Below, piece by piece: positions 39,769-49,779 of a stretch of 62,685 nt of DNA (position 1 is its first letter; each line of letters begins with the position of its first letter). A program made the translations under genes and the position numbers. Source of the stretch: Candidatus Heimdallarchaeota archaeon (lineage in GTDB: Archaea > Asgardarchaeota > Heimdallarchaeia > Heimdallarchaeales > Heimdallarchaeaceae); contig JABCTC010000022.1 in assembly GCA_018238545.1 (NCBI GenBank), positions 1 to 62,685 of the forward strand. Direction: 5' to 3'. Below the pieces are notes generated by a model that did no database searches, was not told the DNA's origin, and saw only the letters and a program-made list of their open reading frames with translations.

Positions 39769-40242
39769 GTGATATTATTGTCCAATGAAGAGAAAGTAAA
39801 ATTCTACAAGAAGCAAATAGAACTAGAGAAGAAGATTGTACAAGCTGCTGAAGAATCAGTTGAGGATATGGAGAATAAGATAGTTAAAGAGTTAATCTTA
39901 GCTATAGCTATAGATTCTAAGAAACATGCTAGTCTACTTGGTGTTTTAACTACAATGAATACTTCATCTGTACCTTACATTAGCGAGAAGTCACTTGATA
40001 AGATTGCCAAAAATATCAAAAAACACATTGAATTAGAAGCTCAAGCTATTGAAACATATAAGGAATTACTTACAAAAATTGATACAGATCAAGAAAAGAT
40101 GATAGTTCAAACAATTTATCATGATGAACTCCGACACCATGCTTTACTGGAAAGGCTATATGAAATAATTATCAAAAATGAAGCAATTACGGAAGAAGAC
40201 TTGTGGGATTATCTCAAAGATGATTATATTCCTCAGTATTGA
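39769..40242 (+). CDS. Ferritin-like/rubrerythrin-type four-helix protein
   Basis: ELE...DSKKH and HIELE...DELRHH di-iron-like motifs. Confidence 0.85.
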   Translation: MILLSNEEKVKFYKKQIELEKKIVQAAEESVEDMENKIVKELILAIAIDSKKHASLLGVLTTMNTSSVPYISEKSLDKIAKNIKKHIELEAQAIETYKELLTKIDTDQEKMIVQTIYHDELRHHALLERLYEIIIKNEAITEEDLWDYLKDDYIPQY

Positions 40243-40290
40243 GTTTCCTTAACTCTTTCTAAGTTTTAAGTTTCAAAGGCGCTGAATACA

Positions 40291-41163
40291 ATGAAAACTA
40301 TCAAAGTAGGAACTAGAGGATATTTTTTCTCTTTTGATGATCCTTATTTCACTACTCTATATGTAATAAATGGTAAGAATCGAATCTTCATTTGTGATAC
40401 TTTTCTTGGTCCTGATCCCATGATAGAAGTTTTGAATTTTTTGGAAAAAGAAGGTATTAAGGACAAGGAAATCGTTGTTTTCAACACTCATTATGATTAT
40501 GATCATATTTGGGGGAATCAACTATTTGAAAATTCAATAATCCTTGCTCATGAGCTGTGTGTGAAAGAATTGGAAAAGACTGGAGAAGATGATTTGAAGC
40601 AATTTGAAGCTCATAGAAAGGGAAATGTAAAATTAGTCTTACCGAATACAGAATTCAAAGAAAGGTTGGTTTTTCCAGATGAAGGGATTGAATTTTACCA
40701 TTCGCCTGGACATACAGCTGATTCTTCATCTTGTTACGATTCAGTTGATAAGGTTCTCATAGTTGGCGATAATTTGGAATCGCCCATCCCATTTATTCGT
40801 ATATTGAACCTTCAAGAATATATAAACAGCCTGCGAGAGTATCTTACACGAGATGTGAAAATAATTGTATCAGGTCACGATGAATTAATGTATGATGATA
40901 GTCTTCTCAGGGCAAATCTAGAATATCTAGAAAATTTTGCCCCTAATAAAATAGATAGAACAAATTTCTCAAAGAAACACAGAGGAATTCACTTTAAAAA
41001 TGTTAAAACTGTTGGAGAACTTCTCAAAATAAAGGGGCAAACGACTGAATCTTTGAAATATTATAGAGAAGCAGCAGCAATTCTTTCAGAAACAGAGCAA
41101 ACACCAAAAATTGAGGAATTAAAAGAATCAATAGCTAATATAATAGAAGATTTATCTGTTTGA
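40291..41163 (+). CDS. Metallo-beta-lactamase fold hydrolase with C-terminal TPR-like helices
   Basis: THYDYDHIWGN, PGHT, VGDN, SGH motifs. Confidence 0.88.
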   Translation: MKTIKVGTRGYFFSFDDPYFTTLYVINGKNRIFICDTFLGPDPMIEVLNFLEKEGIKDKEIVVFNTHYDYDHIWGNQLFENSIILAHELCVKELEKTGEDDLKQFEAHRKGNVKLVLPNTEFKERLVFPDEGIEFYHSPGHTADSSSCYDSVDKVLIVGDNLESPIPFIRILNLQEYINSLREYLTRDVKIIVSGHDELMYDDSLLRANLEYLENFAPNKIDRTNFSKKHRGIHFKNVKTVGELLKIKGQTTESLKYYREAAAILSETEQTPKIEELKESIANIIEDLSV

Positions 41164-41239
41164 AACAGTATTTTACTTCCCTCATTTTAAATTGTGAGTG
41201 ACAAAAGTTTTTTATGTACAATATTAATTATACTTCTTA

Positions 41240-41572
41240 GTGATTAAGTTGAAAATAGAAAATTTACAACCAGAAGCAAATTTTGATGAATTAAAAGTAA
41301 GAGTAGTCTCCAAAGATGGACCTAGAACAGTTCAAGGTAGGGATAGAACTCTGTTCGTTTGGGATATACTAGTAGTTGATGAAACAGGTTCAACCGTGTT
41401 AACTCTCTGGGGAAAAGATGTTGGTGAAAAATACAAGATAGGTGATGTTGTTTCCATTCAAAATGGATGGTGTAAAATGTTTAGAGATAAGAAGCAAATC
41501 TCCATGGGTCGTGAAGGTAAGATTTTTCCTGCAGATGATGATCCTAACCTACCTACAAAAGTTCCAGGTTAA
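41240..41572 (+). CDS. ssb: Single OB-fold ssDNA-binding protein (crenarchaeal SSB/RPA-like)
   Basis: VVDETGSTVLTLWG, GDVVSIQNGW, QISMGREG. Confidence 0.85.
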   Translation: MIKLKIENLQPEANFDELKVRVVSKDGPRTVQGRDRTLFVWDILVVDETGSTVLTLWGKDVGEKYKIGDVVSIQNGWCKMFRDKKQISMGREGKIFPADDDPNLPTKVPG

Positions 41573-41578
41573 TTGGTT

Positions 41579-42025
41579 TTACCATAACCCTTCTTTCATC
41601 TTTTTAGATGCTTTACTTTCTTTTATGATATTCTTCCAATCAACTAGTATTTTGTCAACAATTTCTCTTATCTGTCTTCTCTCAGTATCATCTACTACAT
41701 CACAAGATTGTTTATCTGGTATAAGACCATCTAATTTTGTTACTAACAATTTTAACAACTGTTGAACATCATCAGCTGAAATTTCATCCTTTTGATCTTT
41801 AACAAGGACAAGGCCAAAACAATCAGTAGTTTCAATATATACTTCTCTTGTATTAGTTGTGAATTGTTTAGGGGAACCTATTTTAACTTCAATAAGAAAA
41901 TTTTGAATAGCAGTAATAAGCCCAGTAAAAAGTATAGCATCAGCAAGAGCATCTTTTTTCTCAACTGGGTCATAGTAAAAGACCGGAATCCCACCCGGTG
42001 TTAAAATGTAAAATGCTCTTATCAT
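41579..42025 (-). CDS. Longin-like domain protein (Asgard eukaryotic-signature type)
   Basis: IRAFYILTPGGIPVFY...LFTGLITAIQNF pattern of Asgard longin/roadblock-like proteins. Confidence 0.72.
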   Translation of the reverse strand: MIRAFYILTPGGIPVFYYDPVEKKDALADAILFTGLITAIQNFLIEVKIGSPKQFTTNTREVYIETTDCFGLVLVKDQKDEISADDVQQLLKLLVTKLDGLIPDKQSCDVVDDTERRQIREIVDKILVDWKNIIKESKASKKMKEGLW

Positions 42026-42150
42026 TGGAAATTCCCAGATTTTAAAGCTTAAATAGTTATCGTCTCTATTTTTTCTATTTGTAGTGATTCAGAAAGGTTG
42101 AATAATGAGCTTTGTTTAAGAATTATCTGTCAAGTATTAGGTGACATGAA

Positions 42151-42918
42151 ATGGCTGAATATTATATATTTATAATAATAGGTGTTGCAATATTATTCTT
42201 AGGTATCTGGTTATTATCAGGTATAAGAGTCATGCTGGAATATGAAAGATTAGTAATTTTCCGATTAGGAAAATATACTAGAACTACAGGTCCGGGATTA
42301 GTCTATATAATTCCGATTATAGAAACTGCTAAAAAAGTAGATATGAGAATCATTACTCAGGATATTCCTAGACAAGAGCTTATGACAAGGGACAATATCC
42401 CAGTCCTTGCAAATACAGTTGTCTACTTTAAGGTTGAGAGACCTGAAGATGCTGTAATCAAAATTGAGAACTATGTTTATGCAGTTAGACAATATACTCA
42501 GGCAGCTTTGCGTGATACAATGGGAACACTTGAACTTGATCAAGTACTAACTGAAAGAGACCAAATTGCTATAGATATCCAGAAAAGCGTTGATAGAGAA
42601 ACAAATGAATGGGGTATCGATATTAAGGCAATTAAAATTCAAGAAATTGAGCTTCCTGCTGAAATGAAAAGAGCATTTGCAAAACAAGCCGAAGCTGAAA
42701 GAGGAAAACGAGCTGCTATTATCCAATCTGAAGGAGAATTAAAAGCATCTGATAACCTCGCAGAGGCTGCCAAGAAACTCTCGACTCAACGCGGAGCATT
42801 GCAATTAAGAACTCTACAAACAATTAGAGATATTGCTCAAGATCCTAGTGAGAAAATAGTTATTTTTATGCCAAGTGAAATTACAGACATAGTGGAAAAA
42901 ATAACTAAGAAGAAATAA
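42151..42918 (+). CDS. SPFH/stomatin (slipin) family protein
   Basis: N-terminal TM, EYERLVIFRLG, TRDN, QAEAER, ALQLRTLQT. Confidence 0.95.
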   Translation: MAEYYIFIIIGVAILFLGIWLLSGIRVMLEYERLVIFRLGKYTRTTGPGLVYIIPIIETAKKVDMRIITQDIPRQELMTRDNIPVLANTVVYFKVERPEDAVIKIENYVYAVRQYTQAALRDTMGTLELDQVLTERDQIAIDIQKSVDRETNEWGIDIKAIKIQEIELPAEMKRAFAKQAEAERGKRAAIIQSEGELKASDNLAEAAKKLSTQRGALQLRTLQTIRDIAQDPSEKIVIFMPSEITDIVEKITKKK

Positions 42919-42932
42919 TTAGGTGAAGGCAT

Positions 42933-43604
42933 TTGAGTTTAACAACCCACAACAGGTATGTTCAAATTGCTTTCAATGGCACTGCTCGACAAGTTAGAAG
43001 AATACTCCCTCAGATACCTCAAGATTCAAGAATAATTATTGAAGCAGGAACACCTTACATAAAACTAACAGGAATGGCTGGAGTTCATTTAATTAGACGC
43101 TACTGGCGAGGGTTGGTTGTTGCAGATATCAAGGTGACAGATGGTGCAGCTCCAGAAGTTATGTTCTCAGCTGCTGCAGGAGCTAATGCTGCAACTGTAA
43201 TGGGCTCTGCTCCTGTGGAAACATTAGATTTCTTCATTCAATTCTGTGCTAAACATGGGATGTATTCAATGATTGATATGTTAGGTGTTGATAACCCTCT
43301 TCGAAAAATGCTTCCAATGAAACATAAACCAGATGTTGTTGTGATCCATAAGGGACGAGATGAAGAAACAAACAAAAGCAATATTATTCGTTACAAGGAC
43401 ATTTCAAAAATACGGTCAAAATACGATGCTCTAATGGCTGTAGCTGGTGGTTTGAGACCAGATGAAGTAAGGAAAGCATATTTTAATGGAGCAGATATTG
43501 CAATTCTAAATGTCATAGGTGCTAATGATTCAAATGAGGGGTTTCATGAGAATGAGAATTTTAGACAACTTATACCAGCAATTCTGGCTGAGGTTGGTAA
43601 CTAG
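42933..43604 (+). CDS. 3-hexulose-6-phosphate synthase / OMP decarboxylase superfamily protein
   Basis: QIAF, EAGTPYIK, ADIKVTDG (DxKxxD), HKGRD, AVAGG. Confidence 0.85.
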   Translation: MSLTTHNRYVQIAFNGTARQVRRILPQIPQDSRIIIEAGTPYIKLTGMAGVHLIRRYWRGLVVADIKVTDGAAPEVMFSAAAGANAATVMGSAPVETLDFFIQFCAKHGMYSMIDMLGVDNPLRKMLPMKHKPDVVVIHKGRDEETNKSNIIRYKDISKIRSKYDALMAVAGGLRPDEVRKAYFNGADIAILNVIGANDSNEGFHENENFRQLIPAILAEVGN

Positions 43605-43789
43605 AATTCTGTTCCCCTCTATTTTCTATTTTTTTCATCAATATTATATCTCATAGATGAAATCATGAGTGCACAATATTTTAAAGGATGATTTTTTACG
43701 GAAACTCAAGTATCCAAAGGAGTTTTTATTAACTACCTACTAGAACTTACTTCGAATAGAACTTAACCAATAAATACAAGGGGATTAAA

Positions 43790-45040
43790 TTGGGGAAATC
43801 AAAACTTCCAACAATTATTACCGTAGTATTGCTCATTTCATCTTTAATTGCTCTTGATGTTATACGTCAAGCTCAATTTAGAGGTGATAAAGATGAAATT
43901 GTCCTGAAAGTTCTTTATACTAGTGAAAAAAAAGGTTGGATAAATTCTATTGCTCCCGATTTTCCTGAATGGTTTGCCGAAAGGAATCCTGGTAAAACTG
44001 TTAGACTCCAGTTTGAAGTTCAAGGCACGCGAACATCTATGTTATCTATCCTATCTGGAGAGAGTAAGCCTACCATATGGAGTCCTGCAGCAGCTGTTTG
44101 GATACCATTATTTGATTGGGCGTGGGAAAAGAAGTTTGGGGGATCAGTATTAGACTTAAGTCAGATTAAATCTCTAGTTGCTTCACCAATAGTTCTTGGT
44201 ACGTGGCAGAGTTATCGTGAAGAAAACAACTTCACTTCTCTAACTGATTTATATGATTTAGCTGAAGATAATTTGAAACTGGCTCACACCTCAGCTCAAG
44301 AATCAAATTCGGGTTTCATGGCCGTTTTACTAGAGATTACTGCAGCAAGTGGGAAAACTCCAGATAATATTGAATTAGCTGATTTACAGAATACAACTAT
44401 ACAAGATTGGCTTGAAAAAGTAGAATCTAAAGCAGTTCTTTATGGAACTTCAACAGGTTTTCTTGCAAAACAAGCAGTACAGCTAGGTCCATCAGCTATC
44501 AATGTTGTAATTTTATATGAGAACTTGATTATTGAAACAGCAAAAGATGGAGAAGCTTTTGCCAAATGGGGAGACAATTTAGTTGCAGTTTACCCAGAAG
44601 AAGGAACATTGTGGAGTGACCATCCCTTAGCTATTCTAAATGCTTCATGGGTGACTCCAGATGAAGCTTTTGCAGCTACTGAATTTGAAACATTCTTAAT
44701 GAGCAAAGAGGTACAGAAGGTATCCATCCCGTTTGGTTTTCGTCCTGGTAATGAGACAATTAAGGATGATTCAGATGTAATTGAGGAAATGGAAAAGGTA
44801 TTCAAACCTGAAAATGGTGTTCAATTGAATATTTCTATACCGCGTTTTGACGTACCTACTGATGGAGAAGTTCTGGATAGAATACCAGATTTGTGGTTAA
44901 AAACAAGAGCAACAACTATAGAAAAGAATGAGGATGCGGAATATTGGCAAGTAGGGTTAGAACCTGTTTTGCTTATTCCTATTATGCTTACATCACTTGT
45001 AGTTCTTACAGTTATTTACAAAAGAAGGAGGAGAAAATAA
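43790..45040 (+). CDS. ABC solute-binding protein (ModA/vWA-associated type) with N- and C-terminal membrane segments
   Basis: TSEK, IWSPAA, SPIV, SNSG, STGFL, YENL, YPEEGTLWSDHP, GFRP; C-terminal TM plus RRRRK. Confidence 0.8.
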   Translation: MGKSKLPTIITVVLLISSLIALDVIRQAQFRGDKDEIVLKVLYTSEKKGWINSIAPDFPEWFAERNPGKTVRLQFEVQGTRTSMLSILSGESKPTIWSPAAAVWIPLFDWAWEKKFGGSVLDLSQIKSLVASPIVLGTWQSYREENNFTSLTDLYDLAEDNLKLAHTSAQESNSGFMAVLLEITAASGKTPDNIELADLQNTTIQDWLEKVESKAVLYGTSTGFLAKQAVQLGPSAINVVILYENLIIETAKDGEAFAKWGDNLVAVYPEEGTLWSDHPLAILNASWVTPDEAFAATEFETFLMSKEVQKVSIPFGFRPGNETIKDDSDVIEEMEKVFKPENGVQLNISIPRFDVPTDGEVLDRIPDLWLKTRATTIEKNEDAEYWQVGLEPVLLIPIMLTSLVVLTVIYKRRRRK

Positions 45041-45067
45041 CTGACAGCTGAGGATGAGAAACTTGAT

Positions 45068-46771
45068 TTGGAAGTCAAGTTTAGAAAAAGTTTACTAGCT
45101 ACCGAAAAATGGTTGTCAAAAGATACTGTTCTTACAGCTGGTAAAGCAGTAACAATCGGTATATTCATCCTAATTGTATTGGGACCTATCCTTTACCTTC
45201 TTTTTCAGATAATAATCAGTTGGGGTGATATCAATGAAACTGTCTTCAACGACCCAATTTTAGGAAATGAAGCTTTTCTTTCTATGTTAAGATCTATTGG
45301 TTTGTCATTTGAAATAGCTGCTGTTGTAACTGTATTTGATATAGCTGTAGGGGTTCCTATGGCTTGGATTCTCGCTAGATATGAATTTAAAGGAAAGAAC
45401 ATTCTCGATACATTTGTAGACTTACCTATGGCTGTACCTACCAGTGCTTTAGGTTTCTCTATCTATCTCTTCTGGGGAACAAACAATGGTATTTCAAGAT
45501 TGTATAACTCTGAAGTAGGTTTCGCTTCGCAAGGTACACTACTTATAATATTTGCTCATGTTGCTTTTACTTTCCCTTATGTTACACGCTCGATTAAAGG
45601 TATCATTGCAGATTTAGATTTGAATTTGGAAAAAGCTGGAAAGACCTTGGGCGCATCTCCTTTTACTATAGCAAGGATGATATCTCTGCCTATGGTTAAG
45701 GAAGGACTTCTAGCGGGAACAGTTTTAGCCTTTACTAGATCTCTAGGCGAAACAGGAGCAACGTTGATAGTTAGCGGAGTGTATCAAACCGCTCCTGTAG
45801 TCATAGTTAGTTGGATGAAAGGATTAAAAATTCCAACAACAGCATTTCTTGCTTTCATACTAATAATAATTAGTTTATTGCTCCTTACTTTAGTAAGGAT
45901 TTTTGCCAGAAAAGTGGGTCTTCCATGGAACAAAGTGTTTCCAAGATTTGAAAGAAAATTAAGCTCTAAGAAAGTTACTAGAACAAGAAATACATTCTCT
46001 ATTGCTCTCTTCTTTCTTTTTGTTTTTACTCCTGCACTATTTGTTATAATCTTCTTATTCCAGTGGTGGGGTGGGTCCCCTTTCTCTGGGGAGTTTGAAG
46101 CGGGAATGATTTACCAAGTATTCCAGGCACCCGATAAGAAAATAAACGATATAGTGACGGCACTGGTAACGTCATTAGAGATAGCTCTAATCGTTACACT
46201 TGTAAACTTGCTAATAGCCACACCGATGGCCTTAATGATTTCCAAGATGAAAAATAAAAAACTCAAAGGTTTTCTAGATGGGTTGATAGACATTCCGTTA
46301 GTTATACCGAGTTCCGCACTTGGATTCAGTATATTCTTCTTATGGGGTTCTAATGGATTACATATACTATCACCAGGTTTTGCTATGATAGTAATTGCTC
46401 ATATATCTTTCACGTACTCCTATTGTGTGCGACCATTAATAGGTTCCTTTGATTCCATTTCAACTATGTATGATGAAGCTGCTGCAGCATTTGGGGCTTC
46501 AAAGATTACAGCTTTTAGAACGGTAACTTTACCATTCTTGAAGAGTGGACTAATTGCTGCTGCAATTATGACTTTTACTCGTTCAATGAGTGAAACAGGA
46601 GCAACAATTATCTGCATGGGGATAGAGAGAACAATACCTGTCTTACTTGTTGACTTCTTCGAAGCATCAACGTTTCCAGCTGCAGCATTCGCGTCAACGT
46701 TATTGATAATCATATCGTTTGTCATGCTCATATTGTTGAGAGTAGTAACAAGGAGGAAGAAAGATGCCTGA
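45068..46771 (+). CDS. ABC permease with two fused CysT/ModB-like domains
   Basis: DLPMAVPTSALG / DIPLVIPSSALG, two EAA loops, FTRSLGETGAT / FTRSMSETGAT. Confidence 0.92.
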   Translation: MEVKFRKSLLATEKWLSKDTVLTAGKAVTIGIFILIVLGPILYLLFQIIISWGDINETVFNDPILGNEAFLSMLRSIGLSFEIAAVVTVFDIAVGVPMAWILARYEFKGKNILDTFVDLPMAVPTSALGFSIYLFWGTNNGISRLYNSEVGFASQGTLLIIFAHVAFTFPYVTRSIKGIIADLDLNLEKAGKTLGASPFTIARMISLPMVKEGLLAGTVLAFTRSLGETGATLIVSGVYQTAPVVIVSWMKGLKIPTTAFLAFILIIISLLLLTLVRIFARKVGLPWNKVFPRFERKLSSKKVTRTRNTFSIALFFLFVFTPALFVIIFLFQWWGGSPFSGEFEAGMIYQVFQAPDKKINDIVTALVTSLEIALIVTLVNLLIATPMALMISKMKNKKLKGFLDGLIDIPLVIPSSALGFSIFFLWGSNGLHILSPGFAMIVIAHISFTYSYCVRPLIGSFDSISTMYDEAAAAFGASKITAFRTVTLPFLKSGLIAAAIMTFTRSMSETGATIICMGIERTIPVLLVDFFEASTFPAAAFASTLLIIISFVMLILLRVVTRRKKDA

Positions 46772-47870
46772 GATACGACTTCAAAGTGTTACAAAGATAT
46801 TCGGTAGAAAAGTAGAAGCCGTCAAGGATCTTAGTTTCATCATAGAAGATGGAGAGTATGTAAGTTTAATTGGTCCGAGTGGATGTGGTAAAACTACAAC
46901 TTTACGTCTTTTAGCAGGTACCATCCTTCCTACTCAAGGCAATATATATTTTGATGATAAATCGGTTGAAAATTTAAGTATAAGGGATAGAAATATCGGG
47001 TTTGTTTTCCAACATTTTGCGATATTTCCGCATTTGACTGTATGGGAAAATGCTGCTTATGGTCCAAAAGTGAGAGGGAGAAAAAAGAGTGAAATTGATT
47101 CCTTAGTAGAACATGCTCTCAAAGCAGTTCAGATTGATGATAAAGCGGACCTTTATCCTCCTTCATTATCCGCACCTGATTGGCAAAAAACAGCATTAGC
47201 TAGAGTTGTAGCTTCAGAAGCAAAAATTCTTCTTCTAGATGAGCCATTAGGTGCATTAGATCAGAAAATAAGAGAAGAGTTTCAAATATTCCTTCGTGAT
47301 TTAGTCAAGAAGGAAGGGTTAACAGCTATTCATGTCACCCATGATCAAGCTGAAGCATTAACAATTAGTGATAAAGTAGCTGTAATGAATAAAGGAAAAT
47401 TGGTACAACTAGGTTCAGCATCTGACTTGATATTTACACCCAATAACATCTTTACATCTTTCTTTGTGGGTGAATCAGATTTTCTTGAATCTGTTGTAAT
47501 GAATGATAGAAAGGATTTTGCAGAAGTAAGAGTTGGTCAATCAACTATCAAAGTCAAAAACATGGGTATTGCACGAGGTAAAAGAGCAGTTGTGGCTGTT
47601 CGAAGAGAGTTTTTCAAAGTACACAAATATAAAGATAAAATTAAAAAAGAAAACTTCCTACCAGGAGTGGTAGTGAGAGATCAATTTCTAGGATTATTAA
47701 GAAGAGTTAGAGTTAAACTTGAGAATCAACAGATTGTAGAAGTAAAAATTCATGCCAAACATCCTATTCGTTTCAAGGTAAATGAAAAAGTAAGGTTGGT
47801 GATTGATCCTTCTACAACAAGATGTTTTGAATATCCTGAAAAAGGTGTTGCTTCAGCGCTGGAGATGTGA
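46764..47870 (+). CDS. ABC ATPase 1 (MalK/PotA-like, TOBE) with degenerate signature
   Basis: GPSGCGKTT, FQH, LSAPD in place of LSGGQ, LLLDEP, VTHDQ. Confidence 0.93.
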   Translation: MPEIRLQSVTKIFGRKVEAVKDLSFIIEDGEYVSLIGPSGCGKTTTLRLLAGTILPTQGNIYFDDKSVENLSIRDRNIGFVFQHFAIFPHLTVWENAAYGPKVRGRKKSEIDSLVEHALKAVQIDDKADLYPPSLSAPDWQKTALARVVASEAKILLLDEPLGALDQKIREEFQIFLRDLVKKEGLTAIHVTHDQAEALTISDKVAVMNKGKLVQLGSASDLIFTPNNIFTSFFVGESDFLESVVMNDRKDFAEVRVGQSTIKVKNMGIARGKRAVVAVRREFFKVHKYKDKIKKENFLPGVVVRDQFLGLLRRVRVKLENQQIVEVKIHAKHPIRFKVNEKVRLVIDPSTTRCFEYPEKGVASALEM

Positions 47871-47873
47871 TTC

Positions 47874-48971
47874 ATGGTTAAGCTAGAGTTAGATAATATT
47901 ACCAAATATTATGGAAAAAGAAGAGGAGTAGAAAACATCAACCTCTCTATTGAAGACGGTGAATATCTAGCTGTACTTGGTCCAACAGGTTCAGGAAAAA
48001 CCACTACTATGTACCTTGTTGCTGGACTTCTATCTCCTTCTGAAGGGAAAATTTTGTTTAATGGTGAAGACGTAACCAAGGTACCCTCTGAAGATAGAAA
48101 TGTTGGTTTTGTGTTCGAAGAGTATAATTTGTTTCCACGAATTAATGCTGAATCAAACGTTCTTTTTGGTCCCATTGTAAAGGGTCTTGATTTATCTGAT
48201 TCTAGACAAGTAGCTCGTGAAATGTTTTCCCTACTAAATATAGCTGGTAAAGAAATGAATTTTCCTGATGAAATTAGTGGTGGCCAGAAACAAAGGGTAG
48301 CTTTAGCTCGAGCTATTGTCTCTAATGCTAATTTACTTGTGATGGATGATCCTTTGCGTGCCTTAGATGCGAAAATCAGGGAAATACTTCAAGTTGAGCT
48401 AAGGAATTTAGTCAAGGATCTTAGTTTGACTTGTATCCATGCTACACATGATACACAAGAGGCAATGCGAGTAGCTGATAAAATAGCAGTGTTTAAGGAT
48501 GGAGCTATTGTCCAATTTGGAACTCCAGAAGAGGTTTACAATAATCCCGTTTCGATTTATGTAGCAAACTTCTTAGGTGAAACAACAGAATTAGAGGGAA
48601 CGATTTTACAAGAGAAAGGACAGAGTTTCCTTATTCTTGAAGATATCAAGATTGAGATTGTAACCGACTTGAAATCTGGAACAAAAGCTGTTGCTCTAAT
48701 TCCTGCAGAATTAGCAGATATTCATTCTTTATCAGAGAGAGAGAGACTAAATTATGATAATATTATAGAAGCTGAAATTATCAGTACAAAGTGTGTAGGA
48801 GAGTTTTTTGATGTTGATTTGATTGCATTTAATCAAGAAATCAAAGCAAAAGAATTGATAGGAAATGACGTTCCTTTGACTGAAGGAAACAAAGTTTTGT
48901 TTGCTACAGATAAAGGTGATTTTAGAGTTTTCCCCATTGAAGAGGACGAGAAAAATGAGAAAGAGATTTAA
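47874..48971 (+). CDS. ABC ATPase 2 (MalK/PotA-like) with degenerate Walker B and Q-loop
   Basis: GPTGSGKTT, FEE, ISGGQ, LVMDDP, ATHD. Confidence 0.93.
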   Translation: MVKLELDNITKYYGKRRGVENINLSIEDGEYLAVLGPTGSGKTTTMYLVAGLLSPSEGKILFNGEDVTKVPSEDRNVGFVFEEYNLFPRINAESNVLFGPIVKGLDLSDSRQVAREMFSLLNIAGKEMNFPDEISGGQKQRVALARAIVSNANLLVMDDPLRALDAKIREILQVELRNLVKDLSLTCIHATHDTQEAMRVADKIAVFKDGAIVQFGTPEEVYNNPVSIYVANFLGETTELEGTILQEKGQSFLILEDIKIEIVTDLKSGTKAVALIPAELADIHSLSERERLNYDNIIEAEIISTKCVGEFFDVDLIAFNQEIKAKELIGNDVPLTEGNKVLFATDKGDFRVFPIEEDEKNEKEI

Positions 48972-49039
48972 CCAAACAAAGTATATTTATTATTTAGAGC
49001 AGAGAGAATTGTCAATTTATAGAAATGAGAGGTGTCAAT

Positions 49040-49711
49040 ATGAGCAATAAAGAGCTAAAACACTGGTTAAGTAAAAGGAGAGAATCTAAAGTTTTGAAGC
49101 GAATCAGAGAACATTTGATTCTTGTTAACAGTTGTATAACCAAAGCCAGAGATTTCTATGCCTTCTGGGTAGAGAAAGATGAAGAAGCAGCAAAAAACAT
49201 GTACGATTTAATTCATCAAGAAGAAAAAACAGCAGATATTGTAGAAGCTGATATTCTTGATATGCTTTCAGAGGGCAGAATGCCAGTTTACGTTAGAGCA
49301 GACTTAATAAACTTCATAAGACTTGCAGATAAGTCTGCAGGTAGAATAAAACAAGGGACAAATAACCTTTTACTCCTAATAAAAATAGAATTTCCTGAGA
49401 ATATAGTTAAGATTCTCAAATCCAATTTCGAACTGCTAGTAGAAGAAGTTCAAGGCTTCACAAAAGTATTCGATTCAATGTTCTCTATAGAACATGATGA
49501 ATTAGTGAAAGAGATTGAGAAAGTGAGTGAAATAGAAACCGCTATTGATAAAAACTACAGGCAATTGAAATATGAATTAGCATATTCTACAAAAGATGTA
49601 CCTGCCGGTGCATTAATCGTTTTGGATCATGCTATAAGAGATATCGAGCTTTCTTCTGATTTAATTGAAGATTGTGCAGAAATGGTAAGAAGTTTAGTGC
49701 TTCTCCAATAA
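49040..49711 (+). CDS. DUF47/TIGR00153 PhoU-like phosphate transport regulator
   Basis: EKTAD, RADL, ETAID, SDLIEDCA helical repeats. Confidence 0.85.
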   Translation: MSNKELKHWLSKRRESKVLKRIREHLILVNSCITKARDFYAFWVEKDEEAAKNMYDLIHQEEKTADIVEADILDMLSEGRMPVYVRADLINFIRLADKSAGRIKQGTNNLLLLIKIEFPENIVKILKSNFELLVEEVQGFTKVFDSMFSIEHDELVKEIEKVSEIETAIDKNYRQLKYELAYSTKDVPAGALIVLDHAIRDIELSSDLIEDCAEMVRSLVLLQ

Positions 49712-49779
49712 TTTTTTTCTTCTCTACTAAACTATTAATTTATTAGTAACTTCGTTCATTATTCTTTCAAATAGATTAT

